From Mycobacterium tuberculosis H37Rv (lineage in GTDB: Bacteria > Actinomycetota > Actinomycetes > Mycobacteriales > Mycobacteriaceae): 32,000 nucleotides of DNA. Every line of letters begins with the position of its first letter. The first letter of the stretch is position 1. Position numbers and translations under genes: made by a program. Positions 29,897 to 32,000 of the stretch are shown here, one piece after another. The notes under the pieces are model-generated. The model had not been told where the DNA came from and made no database searches. It saw only the letters and a list, made by a program, of their open reading frames with translations. The stretch is taken from positions 3,960,001 through 3,992,000 of the forward strand of contig NC_000962.3 of the NCBI RefSeq assembly GCF_000195955.2. The letters are read 5' to 3'.

Positions 29897-30774
29897 TGCC
29901 CGATAAACGAACCGCTCTTGACGACGCCGTCGCGCAATTGCGCAGCGGCATGACCATCGGCATCGCCGGCTGGGGCTCGCGGCGCAAGCCCATGGCGTTC
30001 GTGCGGGCCATCCTGCGCTCGGATGTCACCGATTTGACGGTGGTCACCTACGGCGGGCCGGACCTGGGGCTGCTGTGCTCGGCGGGCAAGGTCAAGCGGG
30101 TCTACTACGGGTTCGTCTCGCTGGACTCGCCGCCGTTCTACGACCCGTGGTTCGCGCACGCCCGCACCAGCGGCGCGATCGAGGCCCGGGAGATGGACGA
30201 GGGCATGCTGCGCTGCGGTTTGCAGGCCGCGGCACAACGGCTGCCGTTCCTGCCTATTCGCGCCGGGCTGGGCAGCTCGGTACCACAGTTCTGGGCAGGC
30301 GAGCTGCAGACGGTCACGTCGCCGTATCCGGCGCCTGGCGGCGGGTACGAGACACTGATCGCCATGCCGGCACTGCGCCTGGATGCCGCCTTCGCCCACT
30401 TGAATCTCGGTGACAGCCACGGCAATGCGGCCTACACCGGCATCGACCCCTACTTCGACGATCTCTTCTTGATGGCCGCCGAGCGGCGCTTTCTGTCGGT
30501 GGAGCGCATCGTCGCCACCGAGGAACTGGTCAAATCGGTGCCGCCGCAGGCGCTGTTGGTCAACCGGATGATGGTCGACGCCATCGTGGAAGCACCCGGC
30601 GGCGCCCACTTCACCACCGCCGCACCGGACTACGGGCGCGACGAGCAGTTCCAGCGGCACTACGCCGAAGCGGCGTCGACACAGGTGGGTTGGCAGCAGT
30701 TCGTGCACACCTACCTATCCGGCACCGAAGCGGACTACCAGGCCGCGGTGCACAACTTTGGAGCATCACGGTGA
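29896..30774 (+). CDS. ipdA: Steroid ring-degradation CoA hydrolase alpha subunit (CoA-transferase family) IpdA
   Basis: 292 aa from the GTG at 29896, overlapping the echA20 stop by 1 nt (TAGTG). 'MTIGIAGWGSRRKPMAFVRAILRSDVTDLTVVTYGGPDLGLLCSAGKVKRVYYGFVSLD'. Confidence 0.92.
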   Translation: MPDKRTALDDAVAQLRSGMTIGIAGWGSRRKPMAFVRAILRSDVTDLTVVTYGGPDLGLLCSAGKVKRVYYGFVSLDSPPFYDPWFAHARTSGAIEAREMDEGMLRCGLQAAAQRLPFLPIRAGLGSSVPQFWAGELQTVTSPYPAPGGGYETLIAMPALRLDAAFAHLNLGDSHGNAAYTGIDPYFDDLFLMAAERRFLSVERIVATEELVKSVPPQALLVNRMMVDAIVEAPGGAHFTTAAPDYGRDEQFQRHYAEAASTQVGWQQFVHTYLSGTEADYQAAVHNFGASR

Positions 30775-31523
30775 GCACCCGAGCCGAAGTGTGTGCCGTC
30801 GCCTGCGCCGAGTTGTTCCGCGATGCAGGCGAAATCATGATCAGCCCCATGACCAACATGGCCTCGGTAGGGGCGCGGCTGGCGCGGCTCACCTTCGCGC
30901 CGGACATTCTGCTGACCGACGGCGAGGCTCAGCTGCTCGCGGACACACCGGCATTGGGCAAGACGGGCGCCCCAAACAGGATTGAGGGGTGGATGCCGTT
31001 CGGCCGGGTTTTCGAAACCCTGGCCTGGGGGCGCCGGCACGTGGTGATGGGCGCCAATCAGGTCGACCGCTATGGCAATCAGAACATCTCGGCGTTCGGG
31101 CCGCTGCAGCGGCCGACCCGGCAGATGTTCGGCGTCCGCGGCTCGCCGGGCAACACCATCAACCACGCCACCAGTTACTGGGTGGGCAACCACTGCAAGC
31201 GGGTCTTTGTCGAGGCCGTCGATGTGGTCTCCGGCATCGGCTACGACAAGGTGGATCCGGACAATCCGGCCTTCCGGTTCGTCAACGTCTACCGGGTGGT
31301 GTCCAACCTAGGCGTGTTCGACTTCGGCGGCCCCGACCACTCCATGCGGGCGGTATCCCTACACCCCGGGGTGACGCCCGGCGACGTCCGCGACGCCACC
31401 TCGTTCGAGGTGCATGACCTCGACGCGGCCGAGCAGACCAGGCTGCCCACCGACGACGAACTGCACCTGATCCGCGCGGTAATCGATCCGAAGTCGTTGC
31501 GGGACAGGGAGATACGATCATGA
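30771..31523 (+). CDS. ipdB: IpdB, beta subunit of the same CoA hydrolase
   Basis: 250 aa from the GTG at 30771 (4-nt overlap GTGA with ipdA). 'ADTPALGKTGAPNRIEGWMPFGRVFETLAWGRRHVVMGANQVDRYGNQNIS'. Confidence 0.92.
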   Translation: MSTRAEVCAVACAELFRDAGEIMISPMTNMASVGARLARLTFAPDILLTDGEAQLLADTPALGKTGAPNRIEGWMPFGRVFETLAWGRRHVVMGANQVDRYGNQNISAFGPLQRPTRQMFGVRGSPGNTINHATSYWVGNHCKRVFVEAVDVVSGIGYDKVDPDNPAFRFVNVYRVVSNLGVFDFGGPDHSMRAVSLHPGVTPGDVRDATSFEVHDLDAAEQTRLPTDDELHLIRAVIDPKSLRDREIRS

Positions 31524-31535
31524 TTGTTCCGCCTC

Positions 31536-31601
31536 CTCTCCCCCGCAAGCGGGAGGTGCGCCCACATCGCTTCGTCCCCTGCAAGCGGGTGGTACCCCCA
31601 C
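31536..31601. repeat. Two imperfect 30-nt direct copies at 36-nt spacing, each with a short stem
   Basis: CTCTCCCCCGCAAGCGGGAGGTGCGCCCAC (31536-31565) versus TCGTCCCCTGCAAGCGGGTGGTACCCCCAC (31572-31601), 23/30 identical by hand count. Confidence 0.75.
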
Positions 31602-31620
31602 TGCATTGTCGGCGGTGGCT

Positions 31621-32000
31621 ATGAGGCTGCGTACGCCGCTGACCGAGCTCATCGGCATCGAGCACCCGGTGGTGCAGACCGGGATGGGCTGGGTGGCCGG
31701 TGCCCGGCTGGTGTCGGCCACCGCCAACGCGGGCGGGCTGGGCATCTTGGCCTCGGCCACCATGACGCTGGACGAGCTGGCGGCGGCGATCACAAAGGTC
31801 AAGGCCGTCACCGACAAGCCATTCGGGGTGAACATCCGCGCCGACGCAGCCGACGCGGGCGACCGCGTCGAGTTGATGATCCGCGAGGGGGTGCGGGTGG
31901 CCTCGTTCGCGTTGGCACCCAAACAGCAGCTGATCGCCCGGCTCAAAGAAGCCGGCGCGGTGGTCATACCGTCGATCGGCGCGGCCAAACATGCGCGCAA
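31621..32000 (+). CDS. ipdC: Nitronate-monooxygenase-like flavoprotein IpdC, 5' part; runs off the window
   Basis: Open frame from the ATG at 31621 with no stop, 'MRLRTPLTELIGIEHPVVQTGMGWVAGARLVSATANAGGLGILASATMTLDELAAAI'. Missing from the supplied ORF track because it has no stop in the window. Confidence 0.9.
   Translation, partial: MRLRTPLTELIGIEHPVVQTGMGWVAGARLVSATANAGGLGILASATMTLDELAAAITKVKAVTDKPFGVNIRADAADAGDRVELMIREGVRVASFALAPKQQLIARLKEAGAVVIPSIGAAKHAR

Noticed and set aside
31518-32000. 160-aa and 236-aa minus-strand ORFs at the window end
   Set aside because: Antisense to ipdB/ipdC. The real gene is the plus-strand frame from 31621, absent from the track only because it has no stop in the window.

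Overview
This is a GC-rich actinobacterial window. Gene order, protein motifs and ORF lengths match, from memory (no database search was possible), the Mycobacterium tuberculosis-complex region Rv3523-Rv3553, the core of the cholesterol catabolism locus. Start to end: ltp3 (partial), an NHL-propeller membrane protein, gamma-class carbonic-anhydrase-like protein, kshA, a His/Cys-containing small protein, an AT-richer methyltransferase-like gene, an IS21-like transposase remnant, a sulfotransferase-like gene, an SDR, a conserved hypothetical, PPE61, PPE62 (MPTR type), hsaF-hsaG-hsaE, kstD, a MaoC-like hydratase (Rv3538), PPE63, ltp2, chsH1, chsH2, fadE29, fadE28, cyp125, fadA5, ddn, two SDRs, echA20, ipdA, ipdB and ipdC (partial). 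I can read three full matches to the KstR operator consensus, one near match, and one full match to the KstR2 consensus, all at the expected promoters. The catabolic system itself is well described, and I found no convincing undescribed defence, RNA or mobile system. The points most worth a second look are: operators lying almost on the start codons (predicted leaderless mRNAs), the symmetric kstD/hsaE operator whose two arms each end in a PPE gene, a decayed IS21-like element next to a low-GC methyltransferase island, loss of the zinc-ribbon cysteines in the ChsH2 DUF35 domain, a stand-alone PknD-like NHL sensor, and a strong composite hairpin between ddn and Rv3548c.
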